DNA of 64,000 nt from a virus (lineage: Duplodnaviria > Caudoviricetes), in the IMG/VR virus record IMGVR_UViG_3300043754_000129, positions 128,001-192,000 of that record; one strand, given 5' to 3'. The notes under the pieces are model-generated. The model did not search any database and had not been told where the DNA came from. It was given only the letters and a program-made list of their open reading frames with translations. Position 1 is the first letter of the stretch, and each line of letters begins with the position of its first letter. Shown in pieces: positions 48,773 to 58,400 of this stretch. The translations under genes were made by a program, and so were the position numbers.

Positions 48773-48943
48773 TCAGTGGCAGTACGTTACGTCGAACCAG
48801 CAGTACAACACGATCGAGATAACCGAAAGGATCACTGTCATTTCAGCGAACTCCTCGGCCGAGATAGCGCGATGGGAAAACGGATCCTCAGGATTCTCTT
48901 TCGCCATCCACCAGTCACAAAAACGTACGTAGGCTTTCCACAT
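48773..48943 (-). CDS. Small membrane protein, 56 aa (below the ORF-track cutoff)
   Basis: MWKAYVRFCDWWMAKENPEDPFSHRAISAEEFAEMTVILSVISIVLYCWFDVTYCH*. It starts 1 nt after the upstream stop and ends next to the terminator. Confidence 0.5.
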   Translation of the reverse strand: MWKAYVRFCDWWMAKENPEDPFSHRAISAEEFAEMTVILSVISIVLYCWFDVTYCH

Positions 48944-48944
48944 G

Positions 48945-50150
48945 TCAGAAGGTTACCTGGTCAGGACAGATCACGGGATGCGTGAACTGGAAGCCCATGC
49001 CCATGATGTTCGAGCCTTGAGCCGGGTTGTTCACGAAGTAGTACTGGGAGCCATACGGGCCACCCTGTGCAATCGGAATCATCTTCGGGGACTTCTCACC
49101 AGCAGCCGCGAGTTGGTTGAGTTCCGCACCGGTCAGGTAGCCGCGACCAATCGAGAGGTGCAGAAGGCGCACACCCATCGTCTTAGCCAACTGCTCGACC
49201 TTGGAGTTAAACTCCTGGATCTCTTCCACACCTACCACCAGCTTGCTCTCGTCCGGTTCACTGCGCACTTCCCCGTCCTTCGTGGGTGCGTAGATCTCGT
49301 CCGAGGGCACCATGTCCGGATGGAGTGGCACGCCACCCAATTCCGGCCACGCAGCCGTCCACTCCTTGTTGCTCTCGGTAGCAGGCTTCGTACCCGTCAC
49401 GTCGCCATCCGGCTTCGCCCCGTCGACCTTCTGTTCGGGATCCGGCTTCTGCGAGTCACGGATGTCGTCTTTCGCTGCACCCGAAGTCTTCATCGTGTTC
49501 ACGGCACCCGGGTTCTTGGTGAGGAACATCGTCTCGTACAGTTCACGCAGCTTCGCTTCTTCAGCGGGCAGGCGCTCTCCGTTCTGAGCCTTGATCCATT
49601 CTTCACCTTCGATCGGGAATTCCGGAATGCCGATGTCACGCGGAGCATCAGCAGGGATTTCCAAATCGAGCTTGACCCATGGATGGTAGCCACCACCGGG
49701 TTTCAAGAACGCGTCCACTTCCCACTTCAGGTCAGAGCCCGGAATGGAATACGTGTAGCGGTCCTTAATCATGCCGCTTTCAGCCAAGCGCTTGAAGTGC
49801 TCGAACTGATCGGCCGACGACGGGATAGGCACTTCATCATCGCCCTCGCCATCGTTACGCACCTTGGTGGTGAGCACGTACTCGGTCTGACCCAAGTCAC
49901 CGTGATCAAACAGATCCGTCTTGCGAACCCGGATGTCCCCGCGCGCAGCGTTGTTATCCGACTTCGCAATCTTGATCGTCCACTGCTCCTGCCGTTCCTT
50001 GTTATCGGTAGGCGGGAACTCGTAGCCCTCTTTGATACGAGCGTAGAACACGAACTCGCGTTCTTTCAGCGCGGCACCGTCGCTACGTTCTTCGAGAGCG
50101 GGACTCAGTGTCCGGTTCTCGAGTGCCATTGAAAGCAAACAAGGTTCCAT
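48945..50150 (-). CDS. CYTH / triphosphate-tunnel-like domain protein with a C-terminal extension, 401 aa
   Basis: KEREFVF (ExE strand), RIRVRK-like DIRVRK, YVLTTK, IKDRY, WEVDAF and KLDLE follow the CYTH motif order. N-terminal MALE and PALE motifs. Confidence 0.6.
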   Translation of the reverse strand: MEPCLLSMALENRTLSPALEERSDGAALKEREFVFYARIKEGYEFPPTDNKERQEQWTIKIAKSDNNAARGDIRVRKTDLFDHGDLGQTEYVLTTKVRNDGEGDDEVPIPSSADQFEHFKRLAESGMIKDRYTYSIPGSDLKWEVDAFLKPGGGYHPWVKLDLEIPADAPRDIGIPEFPIEGEEWIKAQNGERLPAEEAKLRELYETMFLTKNPGAVNTMKTSGAAKDDIRDSQKPDPEQKVDGAKPDGDVTGTKPATESNKEWTAAWPELGGVPLHPDMVPSDEIYAPTKDGEVRSEPDESKLVVGVEEIQEFNSKVEQLAKTMGVRLLHLSIGRGYLTGAELNQLAAAGEKSPKMIPIAQGGPYGSQYYFVNNPAQGSNIMGMGFQFTHPVICPDQVTF

Positions 50151-50153
50151 GTC

Positions 50154-50651
50154 CTAACCTGTTTCGATGTTGATAAACGCCTCGACACAATCCTTCGCGG
50201 TCTCCAGCAGATTGTGAATCGCTTCGCCTTCCGTGATGACGTTCATGTGGACGGCGGTGACGATAATCACGCCCACGAGAACTGCCAGCATAAAAAACAG
50301 TACGAAGCCCACGAGCCAATAGACCCCAGTGACAAGACTCTTGCTCTGCGTCTTGAGCACGTCGGGATCGTACTCGGTTGGGCTGTCTAAATCTTTGGTC
50401 GCATGCGCGTACCGATTAAGCAGAGAAACCTGCATGACTGGATCGAGTAAAGCGATCGCATCTTTCAGTTCTCGGCCCGTGCTGTCATTGTTGACTTTGG
50501 GGAGGCGATCATCTCGTCCACACTGAAACTGATAGGCTTTCAGCAGTTCGTTGAACGGAGACGGCCCAGCAGGATGCGCACCCATGGTTAGAGTATCGCT
50601 AATTCCCGCCAGAACCGCCTCTAAGAGGTCGCCGTGTTTCGGACGACTCAT
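50154..50651 (-). CDS. Membrane protein, 165 aa (possible lysis-associated)
   Basis: Long TM LVTGVYWLVGFVLFFMLAVLVGVIIVTAV. ATGA overlap with the upstream lipoprotein. Confidence 0.6.
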   Translation of the reverse strand: MSRPKHGDLLEAVLAGISDTLTMGAHPAGPSPFNELLKAYQFQCGRDDRLPKVNNDSTGRELKDAIALLDPVMQVSLLNRYAHATKDLDSPTEYDPDVLKTQSKSLVTGVYWLVGFVLFFMLAVLVGVIIVTAVHMNVITEGEAIHNLLETAKDCVEAFINIETG

Positions 50652-51007
50652 TGCTTAGCCTGTGCTCCGGAAGCCGCCACAGGCGCGCTAGCGCCGTTGG
50701 CTGCGGCAACAGCCGCGGATTGCTGTTCGTACCAGCCGTTGATGTTGTCCTTGTCGATGTTGCAGGTCAACACGTTCTGGGTCTGTTGCTGCCATGCCTG
50801 ACGCCACATGGTCTTTTGCTGGTCGCTGGAAGCGGCCATATAAGTGTCTTTGTCCGGAGGCGGGGACACCGTGGTGTGCGCGGTCAGAAGGCTCGGGAAA
50901 ACCGGCAGGTACATCTGATCGTGATTCACGACCTGGGGCGCGGTTCCGCAAGCGGACAAAGCAAGAGCGGCGCCGGCCAGCACCGCCAAACGAATTACTT
51001 GTTTCAT
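50648..51007 (-). CDS. Outer-membrane lipoprotein, o-spanin candidate, 119 aa
   Basis: MKQVIRLAVLAGAALALSA-C lipobox, Pro-rich segment and a second Cys. Confidence 0.7.
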   Translation of the reverse strand: MKQVIRLAVLAGAALALSACGTAPQVVNHDQMYLPVFPSLLTAHTTVSPPPDKDTYMAASSDQQKTMWRQAWQQQTQNVLTCNIDKDNINGWYEQQSAAVAAANGASAPVAASGAQAKQ

Positions 51008-51056
51008 GATTGTTTCCCCGAGGTCTTCGTTCGTCTTATTCGTAGACTTAAGAAGC

Positions 51057-51626
51057 CTAGTTGTTGGACGCTACCGGGCCGACCACAGCGTCGGTCGACG
51101 AGGCAGCCTTTGCAGGTGCTGCTTTGGCCGGCACTTGCGCGCAGGCTTTCTCGGTCGGAACAGCTGCGCAGAAGGTTTGCCATGCGCCGTCGATATTGGC
51201 TTCATCGAGGTCACGGCTTTCTTGCGTCTGTTGCGCCGGGGTAATCACTTGCGAAGGACCTTGCGGCTGGTACTTCTTGATGATCGTGTTCACGGTATTG
51301 TCGGTGGACGTGGCAATCGCATTGGTCGCATTGGTCGCGTCTTGCTTTTGCTGGACGTCGGTACTCGACACCGTGTTGTTAATCTGCCCCGACTTTTGCA
51401 GCAGATCGTTTTGCTTCTGCAACTTGTCGTTGGCGTCTTTCAGGCCTTGGATCTGCGTGGCGTCACTACCCACGGTTTGTTCCAGGCTGGCGATGTGCTT
51501 GTACTCGAGGTAGGCAGCGGTGCCCAACCCTGCAAAAGCCAAAGCCGCCACGATCCAGATTACGGCTGTCATCGACAGCTTGATCTGGCCGAGACCCGGG
51601 ATCAAATCAACGAGCTTAGACCACAT
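51057..51626 (-). CDS. i-spanin candidate, 189 aa
   Basis: N-terminal TM (AVIWIVAALAFAGLGTAAY), long coiled coil, two C-terminal Cys. Immediately upstream of the lipoprotein. Confidence 0.7.
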   Translation of the reverse strand: MWSKLVDLIPGLGQIKLSMTAVIWIVAALAFAGLGTAAYLEYKHIASLEQTVGSDATQIQGLKDANDKLQKQNDLLQKSGQINNTVSSTDVQQKQDATNATNAIATSTDNTVNTIIKKYQPQGPSQVITPAQQTQESRDLDEANIDGAWQTFCAAVPTEKACAQVPAKAAPAKAASSTDAVVGPVASNN

Positions 51627-52206
51627 AGTTCATTTCCTCCAGATAAGCACGCCACTTACCGTACGCTACGGCAAGTGCGTCTACGCTGTGTTCGTCCAAC
51701 ATTGCCAGAGGAACTTCCCCCTGGTAATTCAAATCAGGCAGACGCAAAAGCGCTTGCTTCACCATGTTCTTGTCGGCATTGCCGGGAGCGCCCACCTTCT
51801 TTTTGACAGTCGGCGGGTCAACACGGTAAAGCGGTTTCCATGGATCGTACGCGAGCATTGCTTCCATGATGCCGCACATGACTTCTGTGAGTGCACCGTA
51901 CGCTTGCGGTTGACGCATGCTGATAAAAGGGGCTTCGCTTACGACCATGAACGGTTGCACGCGGTGGAACAAGTCCACCAATGCGCCCGAGATGGCCGCA
52001 ATGCGTGAGAACCGGTCGCCGTGAAGCTGCCCCAGCCAGGACTCCCCATCTTGGAGTCGATCACCGCGGAACGTCTTGGCATAAGACGAAACAATCCGCA
52101 TGGTGTTTAAGTCAATCCAGAGCACGGATGTCCCGAGGGTCGTCGTGCCTGGATCGATGCCTACTATCGAGATGAGGTGTCCAGCATCTGCTGGGAGCCT
52201 TAGCAT
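51616..52206 (-). CDS. ruvC: RuvC-like Holliday junction resolvase, 196 aa
   Basis: IVGIDPGTTTLG, VVSEAPF, VKKKVG..GNADKNMV and DEHSVDALAVAY give the RuvC D-E-D catalytic set. Confidence 0.85.
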   Translation of the reverse strand: MLRLPADAGHLISIVGIDPGTTTLGTSVLWIDLNTMRIVSSYAKTFRGDRLQDGESWLGQLHGDRFSRIAAISGALVDLFHRVQPFMVVSEAPFISMRQPQAYGALTEVMCGIMEAMLAYDPWKPLYRVDPPTVKKKVGAPGNADKNMVKQALLRLPDLNYQGEVPLAMLDEHSVDALAVAYGKWRAYLEEMNYVV

Positions 52207-52224
52207 CTCACCTCCAGTTCGTTG

Positions 52225-53097
52225 TTATTGCGTCGTACCGTTCGACGAGCTGCCCGAGCTCGAAAGCTGGAAGAGCGGTTCGGTCGAACCGACGTTCAGG
52301 TTGATGTCGGTACCGTCGTTCATGTAGTTCATCGGAATGAACGTGTTGATGAACGAGTTGATCTGTGCTGCGATCACTTCATTCATGTTGAACGAACCAG
52401 ACGTAGCCGGCACGTTCACCACTTGATCGACGCCCGAGACGAGGCCGATCTCCGAGATGATGGCGTAGCGCGGATCACCATAGATGATGTTCGCGCAGTT
52501 CACCAGTTCGGTGGCGTCTTGCTCGCTGAACGAGAGCGCCAAGACGGCAGCGGCCGTGATGTAGTCGCCCGAAACCGTCGAAGCCGAGGAGCTCGACGTC
52601 GCAGGCGGCGTCGGATTCAGGTTCGCAGCATTCGCCACGTACGGCGTGGTCGTGGTCGTGCCGTTCGCCACCGTGTTCATCTGGATCTGTGCGGCGACGT
52701 TCGTGAAGTCGATGCGGCGCAGGTAGTAGCAGGCGTAGGACACGCCATTGAACTGCTGCACCACACGCATTGCGTACTGCGCCATCTGGCTAGCCGACAG
52801 GTCGCTCGACACCGGCCGCATGATGAAGGGCAGGTGGTTGAACAGTGCCGCGTCGGTGGCCAAGTGTTGCAGGGGCGAGGGTGCCGTGAGGCCGTCTGCG
52901 CCGACGGTCATCGTGTGGCCGCCGTTGCCGATGCAGTAATAACGCTGCGTCGGGATCACGTTGGCTGCGGGATTGACGCCCGCGTTCACGTTGAATTTCT
53001 CGTTGAGCGTGGTGTCGGTCATCATCGCGTACGTCAGATCGAGCAGCAGGCAAGTCTGAAGATACGAGCCCCACGCGGTGCGAGTTGTTTGTTCCAT
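52225..53097 (-). CDS. Virion/baseplate structural protein (phiKZ gp127-like), 290 aa
   Basis: TTLNEKF...RYYCIGNGGH...HLATDAALFNHLPF...ISEIGLVSGVD motifs. Size and adjacency to the gp128/gp129-like genes. Confidence 0.7.
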   Translation of the reverse strand: MEQTTRTAWGSYLQTCLLLDLTYAMMTDTTLNEKFNVNAGVNPAANVIPTQRYYCIGNGGHTMTVGADGLTAPSPLQHLATDAALFNHLPFIMRPVSSDLSASQMAQYAMRVVQQFNGVSYACYYLRRIDFTNVAAQIQMNTVANGTTTTTPYVANAANLNPTPPATSSSSASTVSGDYITAAAVLALSFSEQDATELVNCANIIYGDPRYAIISEIGLVSGVDQVVNVPATSGSFNMNEVIAAQINSFINTFIPMNYMNDGTDINLNVGSTEPLFQLSSSGSSSNGTTQ

Positions 53098-53145
53098 TTC
53101 TCGTCCTAATCCAAAAGAAGTCTACACAGGATAAAAAAATACAGC

Positions 53146-55455
53146 TTAACTAGCAGGCGGCGTGTACGTCAGGTCCGGAAGAACGGTCACTTTCCACACG
53201 CTGTTCATCTGCGGAATCGGAGCACTCGGCGAGTTGTTCCAGTTTTCCGTGTAGATGCTTACCAGCGATTCGTCTTGCAGGCTCGGCGACATCGCCAGCC
53301 AATCGTCGAGACCAATCACCGGAATGATGCCCCGGCTGTTTTCCGTCAGCGGCGTGGCAGAGGTCGGCTTCGTGCTCGCCACCTTCACGTCCTTACGGAT
53401 CACCATCGCGTGATTACCCAACCACGTCTTGGTGCTCACCTTCTCATGCTTCTTGATCTCGCAGTGCGCATCGATGACTTCGGTGAAGGGTGCGCCCACA
53501 TCGAACTCGGTGGATGTGCTGCCCGAGACGTTCTCGTTAAAGACGCCCAGATTCTCTTCGTCGTAGATACTCGACGCCGCGTCCATGGTAATCTGCCCCA
53601 CGCGCACTGCCGGCCAGTCGATGTCCTTAATCTCCCCATCGTTGATTTCATACAGATACTGGACCGAGTAGCTCGAGAGCTTCTCCATGATGCCAATCAT
53701 GGCCTTCTGGAGATTCGCCATCGACTGCGTGTTCGTCAGGTTCAGACCGGTTGCCGCTTGCACGAGCGACGTGTACATCAGACCGTAGTCGTCCGCCGAG
53801 AAGTTGCTGATGTCGATGTTGCGCGAGTTAAACCACTGGGCAAAGGTCTGCCCCGTGTAATCGCCCAGCTGGATCATGTTGTCCGACCAGATCCGCTCGA
53901 CCATCCCGTAGGTCATGCCCCGCACGAGGTAATCCTCTTGCATCGAGACGTAACCGCGCTGGTAGTTCGCTGCCTGCCAGAGGGCCGTGCCTGTGGCGTT
54001 AAATGCCGTGATCGAAATCATCGGTGCAATCGCCGGCATGTAGCTGAGCACGTCATTGGCCATCTGCGTGGTGACTTGCTTCGTGTCGACCACACTCATG
54101 ATGTCCGCTACACTCGGCTGCGGAAAACGCACCACACGGGTCGCTTGCACGGCCGGAATCGCCACTTGCGTGAGATCGATCCCAATGCTCATCGAGTAGC
54201 AGTACCACATGAAGACGAAGCCATCCTTGGCATTCATCGGCACGATCGGCTCACCCGTCACCGGATTGTCCACGACCAAGAAGGCCGTGTAGTAATCCAT
54301 CTGGCCAAAGTACAGCCAGTGATTGACGAGGATGTTCTCAAGTGTGTAAGGCGTCGAGTCCGTCTCATCGATCATGGCACTGTTCAGTACCTTGGTCAGC
54401 AACGTATTGGAGAGCGAATTCTCCATCGCTTGCGTGATGTCCGCTTCCACGTCCGGCTGGATCTCAGCGTTCATGGTGGCGAGCGGCTGCTCGGTGTTGA
54501 GCATCGTGTCCATCGTCCACGAGGTCGACGCCACCAGGTTCTCACCCAGGTTCAGCGGATCGGACTCGAAGAAGACCGTGGGCGACGTTTGCAGCGGCAT
54601 GCCCGACACATCGTGGCGCATGGTGTATGCAGCCAGCGGAATGTCACGCACCGTCAAGATGTTCGCAATCAGCGTCTCGAACGTCGACTTCTTACCAACG
54701 TTGCGCTGAATGTAGTTGATGTTGCGACACAACCAGATGATCTGCGGCAGACTCAGCTGAGTCATGTACTGATCCAGTCCCTGGTGCGAGGCCAGAAACT
54801 GCTGCTGGTGGAAGCTATGCATCTCGTTGCCTCGGCTCGCTTCCTCACGAAACGACACAATTGCCTGGAAGATGGCGAGATACATATTGGCCAGTTGCAC
54901 CATGAAGTACAACTCGTCGCTGATCCCGTATTGCGGGTTAAACCAGCGCTGCTTAAAGCCGTAGATGAAGTCCTGCAACTTCTCGATGAGCGTGTACTCA
55001 TTGTCCTCGACGTACTTTTGCGGGTAGCCGAGAATCTGTCCGTCCTTGGCCGCAATGGCCTTGGTCATGTCGACCGGATACAGGATCCCGAGGATGAGAT
55101 TGACCTGCTTCGGATACTGATCGACGAGCGCCTGGTAGTACGAAGTCCCGAATACATATGCAGCAGCGGTTGCCGTGTGGACCTGAAGGTTCGCCACGGT
55201 GAACTCGATTTGCTCCATGGTATCCAGGGAGATGACCGTCATCATCGTGTCCGTGAAATGGTACTGACCGGACAGGTTCATGTAGTACTTCCAGGTCGTC
55301 GGATCCGTTTCGTCGACCTTTGAAGCACCGTAGTTATCGATGACGTACTGGTTGAGACCTTGCTCGGTCTCCTGGCTTTTTACGACAATCGTTTGAGCAA
55401 GAGCTACGCACGACTGTAAGTACAGTGTGAAGTAGTTGTTTGAATTTGTGGACAC
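53146..55455 (-). CDS. Virion structural protein (phiKZ gp128-like), 769 aa
   Basis: DPTTWKYYMNLSGQYH..D..MTVISLDT motif typical of large-phage baseplate wedge-like proteins. Divergent from the portal. Confidence 0.7.
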   Translation of the reverse strand: MSTNSNNYFTLYLQSCVALAQTIVVKSQETEQGLNQYVIDNYGASKVDETDPTTWKYYMNLSGQYHFTDTMMTVISLDTMEQIEFTVANLQVHTATAAAYVFGTSYYQALVDQYPKQVNLILGILYPVDMTKAIAAKDGQILGYPQKYVEDNEYTLIEKLQDFIYGFKQRWFNPQYGISDELYFMVQLANMYLAIFQAIVSFREEASRGNEMHSFHQQQFLASHQGLDQYMTQLSLPQIIWLCRNINYIQRNVGKKSTFETLIANILTVRDIPLAAYTMRHDVSGMPLQTSPTVFFESDPLNLGENLVASTSWTMDTMLNTEQPLATMNAEIQPDVEADITQAMENSLSNTLLTKVLNSAMIDETDSTPYTLENILVNHWLYFGQMDYYTAFLVVDNPVTGEPIVPMNAKDGFVFMWYCYSMSIGIDLTQVAIPAVQATRVVRFPQPSVADIMSVVDTKQVTTQMANDVLSYMPAIAPMISITAFNATGTALWQAANYQRGYVSMQEDYLVRGMTYGMVERIWSDNMIQLGDYTGQTFAQWFNSRNIDISNFSADDYGLMYTSLVQAATGLNLTNTQSMANLQKAMIGIMEKLSSYSVQYLYEINDGEIKDIDWPAVRVGQITMDAASSIYDEENLGVFNENVSGSTSTEFDVGAPFTEVIDAHCEIKKHEKVSTKTWLGNHAMVIRKDVKVASTKPTSATPLTENSRGIIPVIGLDDWLAMSPSLQDESLVSIYTENWNNSPSAPIPQMNSVWKVTVLPDLTYTPPAS

Positions 55456-55487
55456 GGGTTAATCCCCAATAAAACAAAGAGGCATCA

Positions 55488-58400
55488 ATGTCAAGTGGAT
55501 ATCAGAAAGCCATTGAGCTGGCCGGTAGTGGCAAGAAGTTTCCCGTCATGCAGCTGGTCCGTCAGGACCCCACGATGGCGGCCACCCTGGCTAAGCTGAT
55601 TCCATCTCAGCACCCTGTGGAACATGGGGACGATGGTAATCGCAAACCGGCGACTCCGAATCTGTACAGCTTCCGGAACGCCGCTGAGCAGACAGCACAA
55701 AATGTCAATGACGCCGAAACCGTGATGCAGCTGCTGCCAGACATGGAGCTGGCACAGCAGATCTTGGTCTCGTCGGTGGGTTCGCCCAAGGACATGATGT
55801 CGCTGGAGCTGACCTACACAGCTCCCGAAGGACTCACAGCGCCTGACGTCAGTAGCGCCATGATTGACCGGTATCGTCAGCATTTCGAACAGGTCCATAA
55901 GATTAAACCGCTCATCCCCAAGATCTTGCGGGATATGCTGTTCCGGACTGGCTCCTATTCGCTGGCCGTCATCCCGGAAAACTCCGTGGACGAGGTGATC
56001 AACGGGCAAGTGCGTCCGTCGATGGAAAACCTCTCCGAGCACATCAATCCGGATGGCAGTGTGCGTCCGATTGGTATTCTCGGACCGTCAAGCCGCACCA
56101 TGCCGACGGAAGAATCGTCGCGCCGCCCCGGTCTCGCGGTCGAGTCGTTTAACGACTACAACTTCAATGCGGATCCGACCCAGGGTCTCATGCGCTTTGA
56201 GCACGGTCTGTCGAAGGCTCTCGAAGCGGACGACGTGTTCGTCACGGTGACGGACAACCCGACCGTTCTGAAGATCCCTCAGATCAATCAGAAGCTGCGT
56301 GAACAACGCATCTTCAGCGCCATGGGCAGCCGCGCCATGGAGTCGCTCGGCATGACGGATAAGAATCCGCTGCACGCGATGAACGACCGTGAGCTCACGG
56401 GTCAACTCTACCGCAACCGCAAGTACGGCTACCAGCCGGTGGCGTCGCTTAAGACGCAAGACCAGCTGAACCGTCGCACCGTCGGTAACCCGATGGTCAT
56501 GCACATTCCGTCGGAGTCGGTGATTCCGGTGCACGTGCCGGGTACGCCGCAAAACCAGATCGGCTTCTTTGTCCTCCTGGATGAAGACGGTCACCCGATC
56601 GTGCGTCAGCAGATCACGGACCACTACCAGCAAATGGCGCAGCGCATGTCGACGTCGGGCAACTTCCCGTCGGCCATGCTGAACAAGGTGAAGACCCAGA
56701 TGAACGGGTTCGACATCTATAACCGCGACCACCTGGACTACAGTGCCCGTGTGTACGGCGACATGGTCGAGCAGGATCTGCTCTCCCGTCTGCGCAATGG
56801 CGCCTACGGTAACAGCGTCGAGATTGGCAAGAACGAAGAGATCTACCGCATCATGTTCTCGCGTGCTCTGGCACGTCAGCACACGCAGCTGCTCTTCATC
56901 CCCGCAGAGTTCATGACGTACTTTGCGATGCGCTACAACCAAGACGGTATTGGTGAGTCGCTGCTCGACGAGATGAAGATCCTGAACAGCCTGCGCTCGA
57001 TGCTGCTGTTCGCCAACGTGATGGCCGGTATCAAGAACTCGATCGGCCGCACGGAAGTGAAGGTGAAGTTCGACGAAGATGATCCGAACCCGGAGAAGAC
57101 GCTCGAAACGTCGATCCACGAGATCATCCGTAGCCGCCAGAACTTCTTGCCGCTGGGTGTGAATTCGCCGGCTGAAGTGATGGACTTTATCACGCGCGCG
57201 GGTTACGAGTTCACCTACGAAGGTCACCCGGGTATGCCGGACGTGGCCATCGACTTCGGTGAGAAGAACAGCAACTACACGAAGCCGGACACGGAACTGG
57301 AAGACAACCTGCGCAAGCGGGCGATCATGAAGACGGGTGTCCCGCCGGAAACGATCGATGCTGCCTACCAGCCGGAACTGGCGACGTCGGTGGTGACGAA
57401 CAACATCCTGCTCAGCAAGCGCGTCATGCAGATTCAGGATGAGTTCCACCCGCTCCTGGCCCAGCACATGCGTCAGCACGCCATGAATTCGCAAGACCTC
57501 ATGGGCGACCTGCGTGACATCCTGCGCGAGAACTTCAAGAAGATTGTGCTCGAGAAGGAAGACAAGCAGGACGCGCGCATCAACGAAACGTCGCACCGCG
57601 CACGCTACATGCGTGACGGCACGCCGATTCTCGATGAAAGCATGCCGGCACATGGCAAGGGCAAGGGCAAGGATGACTCGTCGTCCAAGCTCAGCGAGCA
57701 GGAGAAGGAATACATCATCAACCAGGTGCTTATCGACTTCATCATGAACATCGAAGTGAGCTTGCCGCGTCCGAATTCCTCGACGCTTGCAAACCAGTTC
57801 GAAGCCATGAAGAACTATTCGGAAGCGCTGGACCAGGGTCTCGAAGCCTGGGTGAGCGACACGTTCTTCACGCCGGATACGGCGGGTGACGTGGCCGAGA
57901 AGATCAACACGATGAAGGGGGTGGCCAAGGCCTACTTCCTGCGTAAGTGGATGGCCGACAACGGCATGCTCAACGAGCTCGCACAGCTCACCACGACCGA
58001 CGAAGAAGGTAAGCCGGTTATCGACATCTTCAAGCTGCAAGCCGACCACATCGAAACGCTTCAGAAGACCTTTAACGAGTTCTTCAAGGGTCTCGTATCG
58101 ATCACCAATAAGGAGAACGATACGTACCAGGCCACGATGAAGGAAAGCAACACGCAGGCTGAAGGCAGCAACACGAGCTTTGGTGACAATGGCTCGAGCG
58201 ATCTGGGCGGCGGTGGTATGGGCGACCTGGGTGGTGGCGGTGGTGATAGCGGTGGCCTGGGTGACTTGGGCGGACCTGACTTGGGCGGTGCTCCGGACCT
58301 CGGGACGGGCGGCGGTGAAGGCGGTTCTGACTTGAGCAGCTTGGGTGGCACGAGCAACGGCAGCACGCAAGAACTCGATCAAATGGGTGAAGGCCCGGAT

